Source of the DNA: Wickerhamiella versatilis
Taxonomy: Eukaryota
Length of the DNA: 64,000 nt
Direction of reading: 5' to 3'
NCBI GenBank assembly: GCA_030867685.1
Contig: JAQOWU010000008.1
Span: forward strand, 4,092,001-4,156,000
The notes beneath the pieces are model-generated. The model did no database searches. It was not told where the DNA came from and saw only the letters and a program-made list of their open reading frames with translations. Positions 41,417 through 51,697 of this stretch are shown here, in pieces. How positions within the stretch are numbered: the first letter of the stretch is position 1; every line of letters begins with the position of its first letter. Position numbers and translations under genes: made by a program.

Positions 41417-42898
41417 ATGAAGCCGCAATCACAGAACCTAGATAGTTTCTTGTCAGAGGAAGCGCGTAGGCGTCCTATGCCGAATCTAAAGCAGTTATAC
41501 GGAGTCATCAATCGCCCTGGAATGGTGAGTATGGCAGGTGGTATGCCGATGCCTCAAAATTTCCCTTTTGATGACGTTCGAGCGGTATCTTTGCGGCCGC
41601 CATTCAATCATGGTGTAGCAGAAGATATTTTGGGAAGTAGTGACCCCATTGAGACAGAAGTTATGAAGTTTGGTAGTAAGGATGCGGGAGATATATTGCT
41701 TTCTTCCTCTCTGCAGTATGGTTTGGGTGGTGGTGACACCAAACTGGTAGACTTTATGAAAGAGCATACGTGCAGAGTGCATGATATAGGGTTTCATGAT
41801 TGGAACTTGACCATGACTGTGGGCAACACTTTCGCCTGGGATGCGGTTCTGCGAACATTCACAAATCCAGGTGATATCATTTTAGCGGAAGAGTACTCTT
41901 TTCCAAGTGCTCTTGACAATGCCGTAACAGCAGGCTGTGGGATTGAGAGTGTTGCCATGGATTCTTTTGGTGTGATACCAGAGAAATTGGAAGAGCAGCT
42001 ATGCTCTTGGCCTGCGAAAAAGCCACTTCCGAAACTGTTATACATTATACCCACAGGACAGAATCCCACTGGCTCCTGCTTGAGTGCAGCCCGTCGGAAG
42101 GCTATATGGAGTATTGCACACCGCTATAACTTCCTAATTGTTGAAGATGAGCCGTATTATTACCTTCAGATGCCTCCATTTGGCACTAAAGATCCTGTTA
42201 AGAATCCGGAAGATCTTCTATCAAACTTTGTCCCCTCATTCCTACACTTTGACCAGGATGGTCGGGTCATAAGGCTTGATAGCTTTTCGAAAATTATGGC
42301 ACCAGGAATAAGACTTGGATGGATTACAGCACAGAAGCGATTTGTGGCTCAAATAACTCGATGTATCGAGACTTCTTCGTCGAAACCTAGCGGTTTTGCC
42401 CAGAGCCTTGTGTATGGTGTTCTCAGGCGGTGGGGCCAAGAAGGCCTATTGCACTGGCTCATCAAGCTTCGTCGGGAATACACAATGCGTCGAAATGTGT
42501 GCTGTAAGACTATTCGTGAAGTTTTTCCTAAGGGTCTATACGAAATGAAGGACCCCGATGCAGGTATGTTCTTCTGGCTCAAACTGGATGCAAGAAGGCA
42601 TCCGAAATGGAATGAACTCGGAAGAGACGCTGCGAAAGTTGAGGAGGCTATGTTCATGGAGGCAATAGATCGCAATGTCATCTTGGTCCCTGGGCATTGG
42701 TGCGTCAGTCGTAAGGAGGGAAATGGCGAGCCTTGGATGTATTATCGTGGTACCTTCGCTGCATCAAGCACTGAAGATGTTGTGGAAGGTGTCAAACGCC
42801 TGGCAGCAACAATTGAATCTGCGGAAAACAACACCTATGTACAGATTGCCTGCGAGGATTCCATGGATGATGTTCTTTACTCTTCCAAGCCAGAATAA
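41417..42898 (+). CDS. ARO8: Aromatic/2-aminoadipate aminotransferase (PLP class I)
   Basis: SMAGGMP, LQYG, YIIPTGQNPTG, IVEDEPYYYLQ, GRVIRLDSFSKIMAPG, AGMFFW, RGTFAA. Confidence 0.88.
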   Translation: MKPQSQNLDSFLSEEARRRPMPNLKQLYGVINRPGMVSMAGGMPMPQNFPFDDVRAVSLRPPFNHGVAEDILGSSDPIETEVMKFGSKDAGDILLSSSLQYGLGGGDTKLVDFMKEHTCRVHDIGFHDWNLTMTVGNTFAWDAVLRTFTNPGDIILAEEYSFPSALDNAVTAGCGIESVAMDSFGVIPEKLEEQLCSWPAKKPLPKLLYIIPTGQNPTGSCLSAARRKAIWSIAHRYNFLIVEDEPYYYLQMPPFGTKDPVKNPEDLLSNFVPSFLHFDQDGRVIRLDSFSKIMAPGIRLGWITAQKRFVAQITRCIETSSSKPSGFAQSLVYGVLRRWGQEGLLHWLIKLRREYTMRRNVCCKTIREVFPKGLYEMKDPDAGMFFWLKLDARRHPKWNELGRDAAKVEEAMFMEAIDRNVILVPGHWCVSRKEGNGEPWMYYRGTFAASSTEDVVEGVKRLAATIESAENNTYVQIACEDSMDDVLYSSKPE

Positions 42899-43320
42899 TA
42901 AAGCAAGGAATTTCATATTATATTTTATTATTATTGGAGCTTATATAGTATTAGATATAATATTGAGTGCATCTAGCTGTTGTTGCATTGTGGTGAATAC
43001 TTGCTTGGTCCTTGTCTTCTTTCACGTAATTTAAGTTGAAACTACACCTATTGCAATTTTTTACAGCGTAATTAAAATTATCATTAAATTGTATAAAAGA
43101 ATATCTGGTGAACTTTTCCGGATTATTCTGTCGTGAGTAAACGCGTCTGAAAGACATCACCCTAGCATCCTCTTTTACACATCTTTTTTTGCTTTAAGAG
43201 TTCATAAATTTAATCTGAGATCAAAAAATTATTCTAAAGAGACCTGGGTCAGCCTCCAAAAGTCTAATGCTGACGAGCCCAACACACTCGCTGTCTGCTG
43301 ATACTGCTGATACTGCTGAC

Positions 43321-45033
43321 ATGCTGAGTCTGAGAGCGACGTGGCCACCTGCGCCCACCACGCAGCGCAGCCGCCGCACGGCCCTTAGTTATGATCCGAA
43401 GAGTAAAACACTTGCATACGCCGCAGGTAAAGTTGTCGTCTTACGATCGGTGACCGATACAGCTAAGAGCGCTCTGTACACGGAACATCTCCATAACGTG
43501 ACATCTGTTGCTTTCGCTCCCAGTGGTCAATGGATCGCTAGTGGTGATGCTGCTGGTCAAGTACGTATCTGGGCATTGCAAGATGATGGCGAGTTCATCA
43601 CGAAGGGTCCATTTGCCGCAACATCATCGCAGATTGTAGGCCTAAGTTGGGACTTCGAGTCGAAACGATTGGCCGCGGTTGGTGACGGAAAGGAAAGATT
43701 TGGCCATATTTTTATGTGGGATTCTGGAAATGGTGTAGGAGAGATCTCAGGGCACAGTCAACAGATAAATTCAGTTGCGTTTAGGCCTTCGCGCCCGATG
43801 CGTGCCGTAACTGTTGCTGATGATGGTACTGTTGGTTTCCATGAAGGCCCTCCCTTTAAGTTTTCAAAGTCACTAGAAAGGCATCGCCTGGAAGCAAATG
43901 ATGTTGCCTACTCCCCGGATAGTAATTTCTTCGTGACTGTGGGTAACGATCGCAAAATAGGATTGTATGAGGGAAAAACTGCGGAATTTCAGGGATGGAT
44001 TGAACCTGGTCATACCGCATCTATTTATGCTGTTGATTGGATGACGCCAACAAAGATATTAACCGCTTCTGGGGACGGTACACTCAAGGTTGTCGATGTG
44101 ACCTCGAAGGAGGTTGTAAAGACCTGGAAGGCGTCAGATGATCAGCAAGTGGGTGTAGTGGCCTTGGGAGAGTCAAATGCAGTGTCTCTAAATCTCTCTG
44201 GGTATCTGTTTTTCTGGTCTCTGGAGAGCGACGAACCAGAAAAGGTTATATATGGCCATCAGAAGGGAATTACCGCGCTGAATGTCTCTGATGAGGATGT
44301 ATTCACAGGATCATCTGATGGATCCGTTTTAAAGTGGACCTCAGATGGCATCGCTTCGAGACTGCCGAGTCACGAAGGGCGTGTTGTATCCATTACCCCA
44401 ACCTTGGTCAGTGCTGGATGGGATGCCCGTATCTCCTCCCTCACAGGCACAGAGACTAAGACACAACTTTCGGAACAACCAGTGCAAGTTTCGGCCTTTA
44501 AGGATCTCGTCGTGTCAATTTCGGAATCGTCGATAGAAACGTCGAAGAAAGATTCGGTGAAGCTCTCAGGTCCTGGTGGGACAGTCGATGTATCATCAAA
44601 GTATATTGTTGCTGGCTTTGGCAATGAGGCTGCAATCTATAGCCATTCACTTGAGTTGGTGCACAAGTTCCCGCCACATCGTTCGGCAGTGTCCTGCGTT
44701 CGCCAGAGCCCTGACTCGTCACTACTGGCAGTTGGAGAATCAGGGGGTAAGATCACACTCTACAAATTGTCAGGGGACTATGCGATGGTCACCAGTCGTT
44801 GGGCATTCCACACGTCTAGGGTCACATCGATCGACTGGCATGCTGATGGTAACCGAGTAGTGACAGCCAGTCTGGATACGAACCTCTATATCTATAGGGT
44901 TGACACACCGGGTCGCAACACAAAGGTGCTTGGTGTGCACAAGGACGGTGCTACTGCTGCCGTCTGGTGGGGCCCGAATAAAGTGGTATCCGGTGGTGCC
45001 GAAGGTGCAGTTAAAGTTTGGTCTGTTGAGTAA
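43321..45033 (+). CDS. AIP1: Actin-interacting protein 1 (WD40)
   Basis: PAPTTQR, WDFESKRLAAVGDGKERFG, WDSGNGVGEISGH, GPPFKF, TSRWAFHTSRV, SLDTN. An alternative in-frame ATG is at 43267. Confidence 0.93.
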   Translation: MLSLRATWPPAPTTQRSRRTALSYDPKSKTLAYAAGKVVVLRSVTDTAKSALYTEHLHNVTSVAFAPSGQWIASGDAAGQVRIWALQDDGEFITKGPFAATSSQIVGLSWDFESKRLAAVGDGKERFGHIFMWDSGNGVGEISGHSQQINSVAFRPSRPMRAVTVADDGTVGFHEGPPFKFSKSLERHRLEANDVAYSPDSNFFVTVGNDRKIGLYEGKTAEFQGWIEPGHTASIYAVDWMTPTKILTASGDGTLKVVDVTSKEVVKTWKASDDQQVGVVALGESNAVSLNLSGYLFFWSLESDEPEKVIYGHQKGITALNVSDEDVFTGSSDGSVLKWTSDGIASRLPSHEGRVVSITPTLVSAGWDARISSLTGTETKTQLSEQPVQVSAFKDLVVSISESSIETSKKDSVKLSGPGGTVDVSSKYIVAGFGNEAAIYSHSLELVHKFPPHRSAVSCVRQSPDSSLLAVGESGGKITLYKLSGDYAMVTSRWAFHTSRVTSIDWHADGNRVVTASLDTNLYIYRVDTPGRNTKVLGVHKDGATAAVWWGPNKVVSGGAEGAVKVWSVE

Positions 45034-45144
45034 ATAGCGTTGTTGATTAAAACTAAGGCATTGTTTAAAAATTGAGAGAAGATCGTACAAGCCTTGATCT
45101 CTCAAAAGTTCAACTACGGGCTTGTTACATAAGCACTAATTGTC

Positions 45145-45477
45145 ATGTTCGGAGCTTTTCGAGGGTCGCCTCAGAGATGGGGCGGTTATCTATGGAAAAT
45201 TCCGTACAAGATGTCTCGTTTGCAGAAGGCCAGGCAGCGTAAGCGGCTGAGAGCGGTTGATGAGACTGTAAATACGGTTGGGCTTGGACTAGCCTCCCGT
45301 GGTGAAGGAATCAAGAAACTTCTGACTTTGCAAAAGACATTGCCCTCAGAGCAAAGCATGGCCGCAAGAGACAAATATTGGGTTTTTTCTCGATACGCCA
45401 GAAACTACAGGAAGGGAGCACACCGACAGCCAAAGTTCACGAAGATTTCCAACCGGGTACAGCCTGACGGATTTTGA
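45145..45477 (+). CDS. MRPL31: Mitochondrial ribosomal protein mL60
   Basis: MFGAFR...GGYLWKIPYKMSRLQKARQRKRLRAVD...DKYWVF...PKFTKIS.R..P.GF. Confidence 0.92.
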   Translation: MFGAFRGSPQRWGGYLWKIPYKMSRLQKARQRKRLRAVDETVNTVGLGLASRGEGIKKLLTLQKTLPSEQSMAARDKYWVFSRYARNYRKGAHRQPKFTKISNRVQPDGF

Positions 45478-45657
45478 AGCTGATACGCTTACCTGGTTGC
45501 TTTCTTTTTAATTGTATATATACTACTGGGGGAAGGGGTCGCGTTGACAAAGTCCGTAAATGATGGAAACTAACTAGCTAAATGGCAGTATATAAGAAAT
45601 AAATAGTATCTTCACACTTCACAACAACAGTTTTCGGTGCCTCTGGACTTCGACTGC

Positions 45658-46356
45658 TTACCGCTTCCGTACTTTATCCCACTTGTACGTTACCTTTCCA
45701 TCCTTGACTATTTTCCGTTTGTCACCTTTTTTCATTAACTCGCGCTGCAGATCGACTTCTTGCCTCAGCTCAGTAAGTTCCTGTTGTCTTTCAATTCTTT
45801 TCTTAAGATGTCTCAGATTATCGATACTCACCTCTGGTATATCGGTCGCTAAATTATCCGATAGCTGCGAATTCCTTAGCCTGTTCTCTCTGCGCTTCAC
45901 GAGCGAGGGGTCAGTGTCGAAATGTCGGGCAGGATTGAATGCTTTGGCTTCCTTCTCGTTATCTAAAAAAACAGTATGCTTTCCCTCACCAGGCATTACC
46001 AGTGATCCCTTCTGCCGATCCACCTTGTTCCTCTCGGTGCTTTCTAGAGCCCGAATATATCCCTCATCCTGAGTTTTCAACAATTTCACGGCATCATTAC
46101 TTAGCGCTTGGTTTCCTCGGTCAGCCACTCTTACACCGTCTTGAGTACGTGATCGAATCATCCCAAAGTTAAACTCATCTTCATTTGCCTGCTCAGCCTT
46201 CGTCCTCAGAAGTCGAAGATGCGCCTGTTTCTTATGATAATCCTCCGCCCGTAGCTTATAATCTTTCTTTTTTTCTAACAAACCATACTTTCGGCGGTTT
46301 GTAGGTTGAGCACGCTCACGGTGCTGTTTTTTGGCAATATCATGTGCTTTCCACAT
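45658..46356 (-). CDS. UTP11: U3 snoRNP protein Utp11
   Basis: KKQHRERAQP, YGLLEKKKDYKLRA, NEDEFNFGM, LLKTQDEGY, YKWDKVRKR. ATG at 46356; the longer track ORF overlaps MTC2. Confidence 0.93.
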   Translation of the reverse strand: MWKAHDIAKKQHRERAQPTNRRKYGLLEKKKDYKLRAEDYHKKQAHLRLLRTKAEQANEDEFNFGMIRSRTQDGVRVADRGNQALSNDAVKLLKTQDEGYIRALESTERNKVDRQKGSLVMPGEGKHTVFLDNEKEAKAFNPARHFDTDPSLVKRRENRLRNSQLSDNLATDIPEVSIDNLRHLKKRIERQQELTELRQEVDLQRELMKKGDKRKIVKDGKVTYKWDKVRKR

Positions 46357-46392
46357 TGACCTTCGAACCTGAAGAAAATTATGTAATCTGAT

Positions 46393-47274
46393 ATGGTCTA
46401 CGGGGAGGTCAAGGATGACGACCCAGATCCTGTCCATCTCGTAAAAGACTTGGTCAAGGCTATACTGATGACCCTGGTCGTACAAAAATCCGTGCTTCTA
46501 ACTAGTAAGTTTAATGCGCGTGCTGTGGAAAAGGAAGCGCTGTCTGCCCTGATGCACATAATTGGCCATATACCAGCTTGCATTACGTGCAAGGAGTCCA
46601 CTACCATTGAAATGCTTCACCATGATCTTTCTCAGTTGCCAGGGGAGATAATTCTTATTACCAGGATAAATGTGCTTTCACCGCGAGCCCAGCTGGCTTT
46701 GGCACGCGCCATAACTCTGAGGAAGGTCGCTGTGGATGGTCGCGAAAAGGCTACACCCAGCACATTTATACTGACTGGATCAAGGGAAGAAACCATCAGA
46801 AGACTGAAGAATCGGATTTTGATGTCCCGAAATATCGAAATTGACCCAGATACTTCTTATGTTGTTCCGAATCAGCTTGCATTTCACGATATTCTGTCTA
46901 ACTTCAAACGTCTAAGCGACCGCGTCGCTCAGGTTGTGATACATCACGAAATTTATCGATATATGCAAGATATAGTAACTTTCGTTCGCACACACAGATT
47001 AGTTCAGACAGGCGTGCATCCGACTACGATGCCCGACCTTCAATTAGTGGCACGCCTCCTATGTGTGTTTAACAATCAAGAATTTTTGACCCCTTTGCTT
47101 GCAGTAGAGGCAGCTCGACTAGTATTGCCTCTACGGATCGAACTCTGTGCCTCTTCTGACGAGCCAAGCACGGTGTACGGGGGGAACATTTCAACAATTG
47201 AGAAATGGTTGTCCCAGTGGGATGCTAACCTGATAGTGGACTCGATAATAGAAACTGTCCCAGTTCCAGTGTAG
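46393..47274 (+). CDS. MTC2: Mtc2-like protein (degenerate Mg-chelatase/AAA-lid type)
   Basis: VVIHHEIYRYMQDIVTFVRTHR, FLTPLLV-like segment, EPSTVYG, terminal ETVPVPV. Divergent from UTP11, as in S. cerevisiae. Confidence 0.72.
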   Translation: MVYGEVKDDDPDPVHLVKDLVKAILMTLVVQKSVLLTSKFNARAVEKEALSALMHIIGHIPACITCKESTTIEMLHHDLSQLPGEIILITRINVLSPRAQLALARAITLRKVAVDGREKATPSTFILTGSREETIRRLKNRILMSRNIEIDPDTSYVVPNQLAFHDILSNFKRLSDRVAQVVIHHEIYRYMQDIVTFVRTHRLVQTGVHPTTMPDLQLVARLLCVFNNQEFLTPLLAVEAARLVLPLRIELCASSDEPSTVYGGNISTIEKWLSQWDANLIVDSIIETVPVPV

Positions 47275-47390
47275 CTTCCAAAAATTTGCATAATATTAAT
47301 TCATTAACTTATTAGGCATGAAGTTTGTTGGTTTTTAGTCCTAACATATTCTTATTATATATTATTACATCACCACCATCTTGTTCTGGG

Positions 47391-47696
47391 ATGCCAGGGA
47401 AGAATACTCAGGGACAAGACGCCCCAATACCTTATTGGATTCTTGCATCTCACGAAGAGAAGGAGGTACTTAAACGATGCCAGGATCAAATGGAAATGAT
47501 GTGTGCCCCCAAGTTCATCGCATTTGGAGACTGTCTGAAGGACCACCAAGCTCTCTTCTGGTGGTCCTGTGCAGATCTCAAGAAGCAACTTGGGGACTGT
47601 GTCGCATTTTGGGGGAATTATGCCAAATGTGATGAGGTACGTGACAGCTATATCACGGAGAAAAAGGAGAAACTGAGGGAGGAAAAGAAGTTGTAA
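47391..47696 (+). CDS. CMC1: Twin Cx9C cytochrome oxidase assembly factor Cmc1
   Basis: IPYWILASHEEK, CAPKFIAFGDC and CADLKKQLGDC (two Cx9C), DEVRDSYITEK. Confidence 0.85.
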   Translation: MPGKNTQGQDAPIPYWILASHEEKEVLKRCQDQMEMMCAPKFIAFGDCLKDHQALFWWSCADLKKQLGDCVAFWGNYAKCDEVRDSYITEKKEKLREEKKL

Positions 47697-48055
47697 TGTT
47701 GTTATCACTGCATTATACTATGCTATACTACACGAAAAGCAGTAAGAGCTGTAGTCGAGAGTAGAATGAGGCTCGCTGCCGAATCAGAGTGCTAAATTTC
47801 TCTTGTCAACACGCCCTTTCACAACGTATTTAACCGATGGTATATATAACAAGTTTCTCGAAATTTAATGTATTGAATCAAATTGTGTACGCTAAAAAAA
47901 ATTTCACCTTTAAAATATACTTCTTAAACTATTTTTGCGAACCCAGTATACCAATCCTCGCCTGTTAAGCTCAAATATTCATGAAATACTTACAAAGCAC
48001 TGAACGGTCCCGTACCCAGCGGCCTTAGTGATCCAGCCACCCAATCGATAGCAAT

Positions 48056-51000
48056 ATGGGATTGACCAGACGCCCGGGCCGAAAGACTGGAGCAGGCGCT
48101 GTACAAAAAGATGGTGTTCGTAAAGCCACATTTGATGTCACCAGAAAGAGAGAAGTTGGTGTCTCAGATTTGACATTGTTGTCTAAAGTGAGTGAGGAAG
48201 CCATTCTGGACAACCTGAAGCAGAGATTTGAGAACGGGCTAATTTACACATACATTGGCCACGTACTAATTTCTGTGAACCCATTTAGAGATCTAGGGAT
48301 CTACACAGAAGCTGTTCGTCAGAGTTATGAGGGAAAAAATCGACTGGAGATGCCGCCACATGTGTACGCTATTGCCGAGAGCATGTACTACAATATGAAG
48401 AGCTACGATGAAAACCAGTGCGTAATTATCAGTGGTGAGTCTGGTGCAGGTAAGACAGAAGCTGCGAAGCAGATAATGCAGTACATTGCCTCCGCCTCAG
48501 GCACTTCCAATGTTACAATTTCAAAAATCAAAGATATGGTCCTGGCGACAAACCCATTGTTAGAAGCATTTGGTTGTGCTAAAACATTGCGCAATGACAA
48601 TTCATCTCGGCACGGAAAGTATCTCGAGATTCTATTTAACCAGCAGTCGGAGCCTATCGGTGCACATATCACCAATTACCTCTTAGAAAAGCAGCGTGTT
48701 ATAGGCCAGTTAAGAGGTGAGCGTGACTTCCACATTTTCTATCAATATACAAAGGGCGCTCCGCAAAAATACCGTGAAATGTTTGGAGTTCAGGCACCGG
48801 AATCTTACACTTATACGTCGGCAAGCCGCACCACCTCGGTTTCTGGTGTGGATGATGTCAAGGAGTTTCAAGAAACTTTGCGTGTAATGGACATTATCGG
48901 ATTGTCTGAGACGGAGAAGGATGATATTTTCAAGCTTTTGGCGCTAATTCTTTGGGTCGGTAATATAGACTTTGTGGAAGGAGATGATACGTCGACCACA
49001 ATTGCGGACCCTTCAGTCCCAGCATATGCTGCATATTTGATGGGGGTTAATAACGAAGCGCTAGAAATGGCACTGACGCATAAGACCGTTGAATCTGGGT
49101 TTGGCGCTAACAAGGAAGTGTTCGAATCCCCGCTTAATCGGGTTCAGGCCTTGGCCACTCGAGACACACTTGCCAAAGCTATATACAGTAATCTTTTTGA
49201 CTGGATCGTGACGCGCGTAAATCAGTCATTGAAGTCTCAAGGCGAAGCTAAGAAGTCTATCGGAATTCTTGATATCTATGGCTTTGAAATTTTTGAGAAC
49301 AATTCATTCGAGCAAATTTGTATCAACTACGTGAATGAAAAGCTACAGCAGATTTTTATTCAGTTGACGCTTAAGGCAGAGCAGGATGAGTACGTTTCAG
49401 AGCGTATCCAATGGTCTCCTATCGATTACTTTAACAATAAGGTGGTGTGTGATCTCATTGAGGAAGTCAGACCTCCGGGTATATTTTCTGTATTGAATGA
49501 TGCCTGTGCTACCGCATATGCTGATTCGGAGGCGGCAGACCAAAGTTTTGCAATGAAACTGAATATGCTAGATAGCAACAAGCACCTGCAGATTCATCCC
49601 CCGAAATTTGTCATAAAGCATTATGCTGGTGATGTCGAGTACGACATTGACAATATGACTGATAAGAATAAGGACCAGATGGGTAAAAGCTTAACACGAC
49701 TTATAGCATCTACCCAAGACCCATTCCTTGCTTCTATATTCCCTGATGCATTTGAGGCAGAGGACTCCGGTGCAGGCAAGCGGAAGCGTAGGGCGACAGC
49801 TTCAGATAAGATTAGGTCAAGTGCAAATGATTTGATGCAAACACTTGAGAGGGCCCGTCCTAGCTATATCCGAACAATCAAGCCTAACCAGAATAAGTCT
49901 CCATCTGAGTTCGACTCGCACGCTGTGTTACATCAGGTCAAATATCTGGGACTGAAGGAAAATGTGCGGATTCGCCGTGCTGGCTTTGCCTATCGTGCGC
50001 CGTTTGAGAAGTTTGTCGAGCGCTTCTATCTTCTGTCATCTTTGACTGGCTATGCTGGAGATTACATTTGGGAGGGTGATATTCGTGATGCAACATTGGA
50101 AATCATGAAAGCTGCTGGTGTCCCCCAGTCGGAGTTTCAGCTGGGAGTCTCGAAGGTTTTTATAAAAACCCCTGAAACCCTTTTCGCTTTGGAACACATG
50201 CGTGATATGTACTGGCATCGTATGGCTTCCCGCATCCAACGAGCCTGGCGCCGTCACTTCAAACGCCGAATGGAGGCTATTTTAGTATTGCAGCACGCTT
50301 CAAAAGTGTTTTTGGGTACAGAAGCGACGGTTAAGCTGCCCCCTGTCGATGATGCCTTCTTGGGAGGGCGCAAAGAACGCCGGCGGTTCTCATTGCTCGG
50401 TGAGCGAGGTGCCTATGGCGATTACTTGGCTTGCAATGACCCTGCTTCTGAAGGTGGATATCTCGTAGCATCTGTTGGGATCCAGGGCCCTGTAATATTC
50501 TCTTCACGCGGTGAGCAGCTTTTTTCGAAACTCGGTCGTAAGTCTCAAAGGCTGACGCGTACATTTGTGTGCACTGAACGTACATTCTACACCGTCCGGG
50601 GTGACTTCGTGCAGAATCGATTTGTGTACGTGATTGAGAGAACGCTTCCCATTTCAGCAATCACTGCGGTGTCTATATCTTGCTACCGTGATGATTGGAT
50701 AGCAATTCATAGTGCATCTCATCAGACTTCGGATCTATTACTCTGGACAATTTTCAAGACTGAACTGGCTTCAATTCTCCATCAGCATGGTAAGAGAGTT
50801 GTGATCGGCCAAACCATTCAATACGAAAAGAAACCTGGCAAGCAAGCGGTTGTCAAATTTGTCAAAGACCAGAATGGAATTCTTTTCGACATTTACAAGT
50901 CCGGACATGTTCACGTTGGACAAGGTTTACCTCCTAACTCACCACATGAGGACATACCTAAGCCAAAGCCGAGGTCTGCTTTGGCACCACCTGCAGGTGG

Positions 51001-51568
51001 CAAGCAGAAAGCACCGGTACCGAGAGCACCACCTCGAAGAGGTATACCTCAGGTTGATGAGTCGCATGTGCGAGTTTCAGGTATTCCGCCTTCTCATGGT
51101 GCGCGGGTCGGACCAATTGAAGCCCAGCGCAATCCTCAGGCTCAATCTGCATATAAACCAGCGAGTCAACCAGTCCAGCAACCGGCAGTCCAGCAACCGG
51201 CTACCCGGCCAGTGCCAACTGCACCTGCTGCACCACCGCCTCCACCCCCACCTGCTGCTGAACCTCAAGCTAAGGCTCTCTATGCTTTCCCTGGAACCAA
51301 CCCGAATGAGCTGCCTCTAGAGTATGGACAAATTATCTATGTTGATCAGGACTCAGGCACTGGCTGGACGTTGGCAACAAATGAGAGTACAGGCGCTAAA
51401 GGCTGGGTTCCCACAAATTACATTCAAAGATTAGCTGTAGGACCGACTGACCAAAATGCGGCTAATGGTGGCGGTCTTGCTGCAGGACTAGCACAAGCGC
51501 TTAACCAACAGGAAGAGCAAGGGCATGCAATGGCTAATGACCTAGCTAATGCACTGAAGGGTTTGTAG
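48056..51568 (+). CDS. MYO5: Type I myosin (motor-IQ-TH1-Pro-rich-SH3)
   Basis: GVSDLTLLSK, GESGAGKT, LEAFGCAKTLRNDNSSRHGKY, TEDS region VFESPLN, GRKERRRFSLLG, SH3 ALYAF...GWVPTNY. Confidence 0.96.
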   Translation: MGLTRRPGRKTGAGAVQKDGVRKATFDVTRKREVGVSDLTLLSKVSEEAILDNLKQRFENGLIYTYIGHVLISVNPFRDLGIYTEAVRQSYEGKNRLEMPPHVYAIAESMYYNMKSYDENQCVIISGESGAGKTEAAKQIMQYIASASGTSNVTISKIKDMVLATNPLLEAFGCAKTLRNDNSSRHGKYLEILFNQQSEPIGAHITNYLLEKQRVIGQLRGERDFHIFYQYTKGAPQKYREMFGVQAPESYTYTSASRTTSVSGVDDVKEFQETLRVMDIIGLSETEKDDIFKLLALILWVGNIDFVEGDDTSTTIADPSVPAYAAYLMGVNNEALEMALTHKTVESGFGANKEVFESPLNRVQALATRDTLAKAIYSNLFDWIVTRVNQSLKSQGEAKKSIGILDIYGFEIFENNSFEQICINYVNEKLQQIFIQLTLKAEQDEYVSERIQWSPIDYFNNKVVCDLIEEVRPPGIFSVLNDACATAYADSEAADQSFAMKLNMLDSNKHLQIHPPKFVIKHYAGDVEYDIDNMTDKNKDQMGKSLTRLIASTQDPFLASIFPDAFEAEDSGAGKRKRRATASDKIRSSANDLMQTLERARPSYIRTIKPNQNKSPSEFDSHAVLHQVKYLGLKENVRIRRAGFAYRAPFEKFVERFYLLSSLTGYAGDYIWEGDIRDATLEIMKAAGVPQSEFQLGVSKVFIKTPETLFALEHMRDMYWHRMASRIQRAWRRHFKRRMEAILVLQHASKVFLGTEATVKLPPVDDAFLGGRKERRRFSLLGERGAYGDYLACNDPASEGGYLVASVGIQGPVIFSSRGEQLFSKLGRKSQRLTRTFVCTERTFYTVRGDFVQNRFVYVIERTLPISAITAVSISCYRDDWIAIHSASHQTSDLLLWTIFKTELASILHQHGKRVVIGQTIQYEKKPGKQAVVKFVKDQNGILFDIYKSGHVHVGQGLPPNSPHEDIPKPKPRSALAPPAGGKQKAPVPRAPPRRGIPQVDESHVRVSGIPPSHGARVGPIEAQRNPQAQSAYKPASQPVQQPAVQQPATRPVPTAPAAPPPPPPPAAEPQAKALYAFPGTNPNELPLEYGQIIYVDQDSGTGWTLATNESTGAKGWVPTNYIQRLAVGPTDQNAANGGGLAAGLAQALNQQEEQGHAMANDLANALKGL

Positions 51569-51697
51569 ATTCAAGTATAGTAGATCATTAAAAGAGGAAC
51601 TTAAAACACTTTATTGCTACACAGTTGCATTTATCGAATATATAATGCTTCATCTAAATCAATATAAATAACAGAAATAGTCCAATTGATTTTCCCA

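Noticed and set aside
42899-43266. AT-rich intergenic stretch as a possible origin or centromere
   Set aside because: Composition resembles other terminator/promoter gaps, and I recognised no diagnostic motif.
47318-47390. Possible CMC1 first exon and intron (ATGAA-GTTTGT...CCTAAC)
   Set aside because: No AG acceptor follows the branch-like motif, and the ATG at 47391 gives a complete Cmc1.
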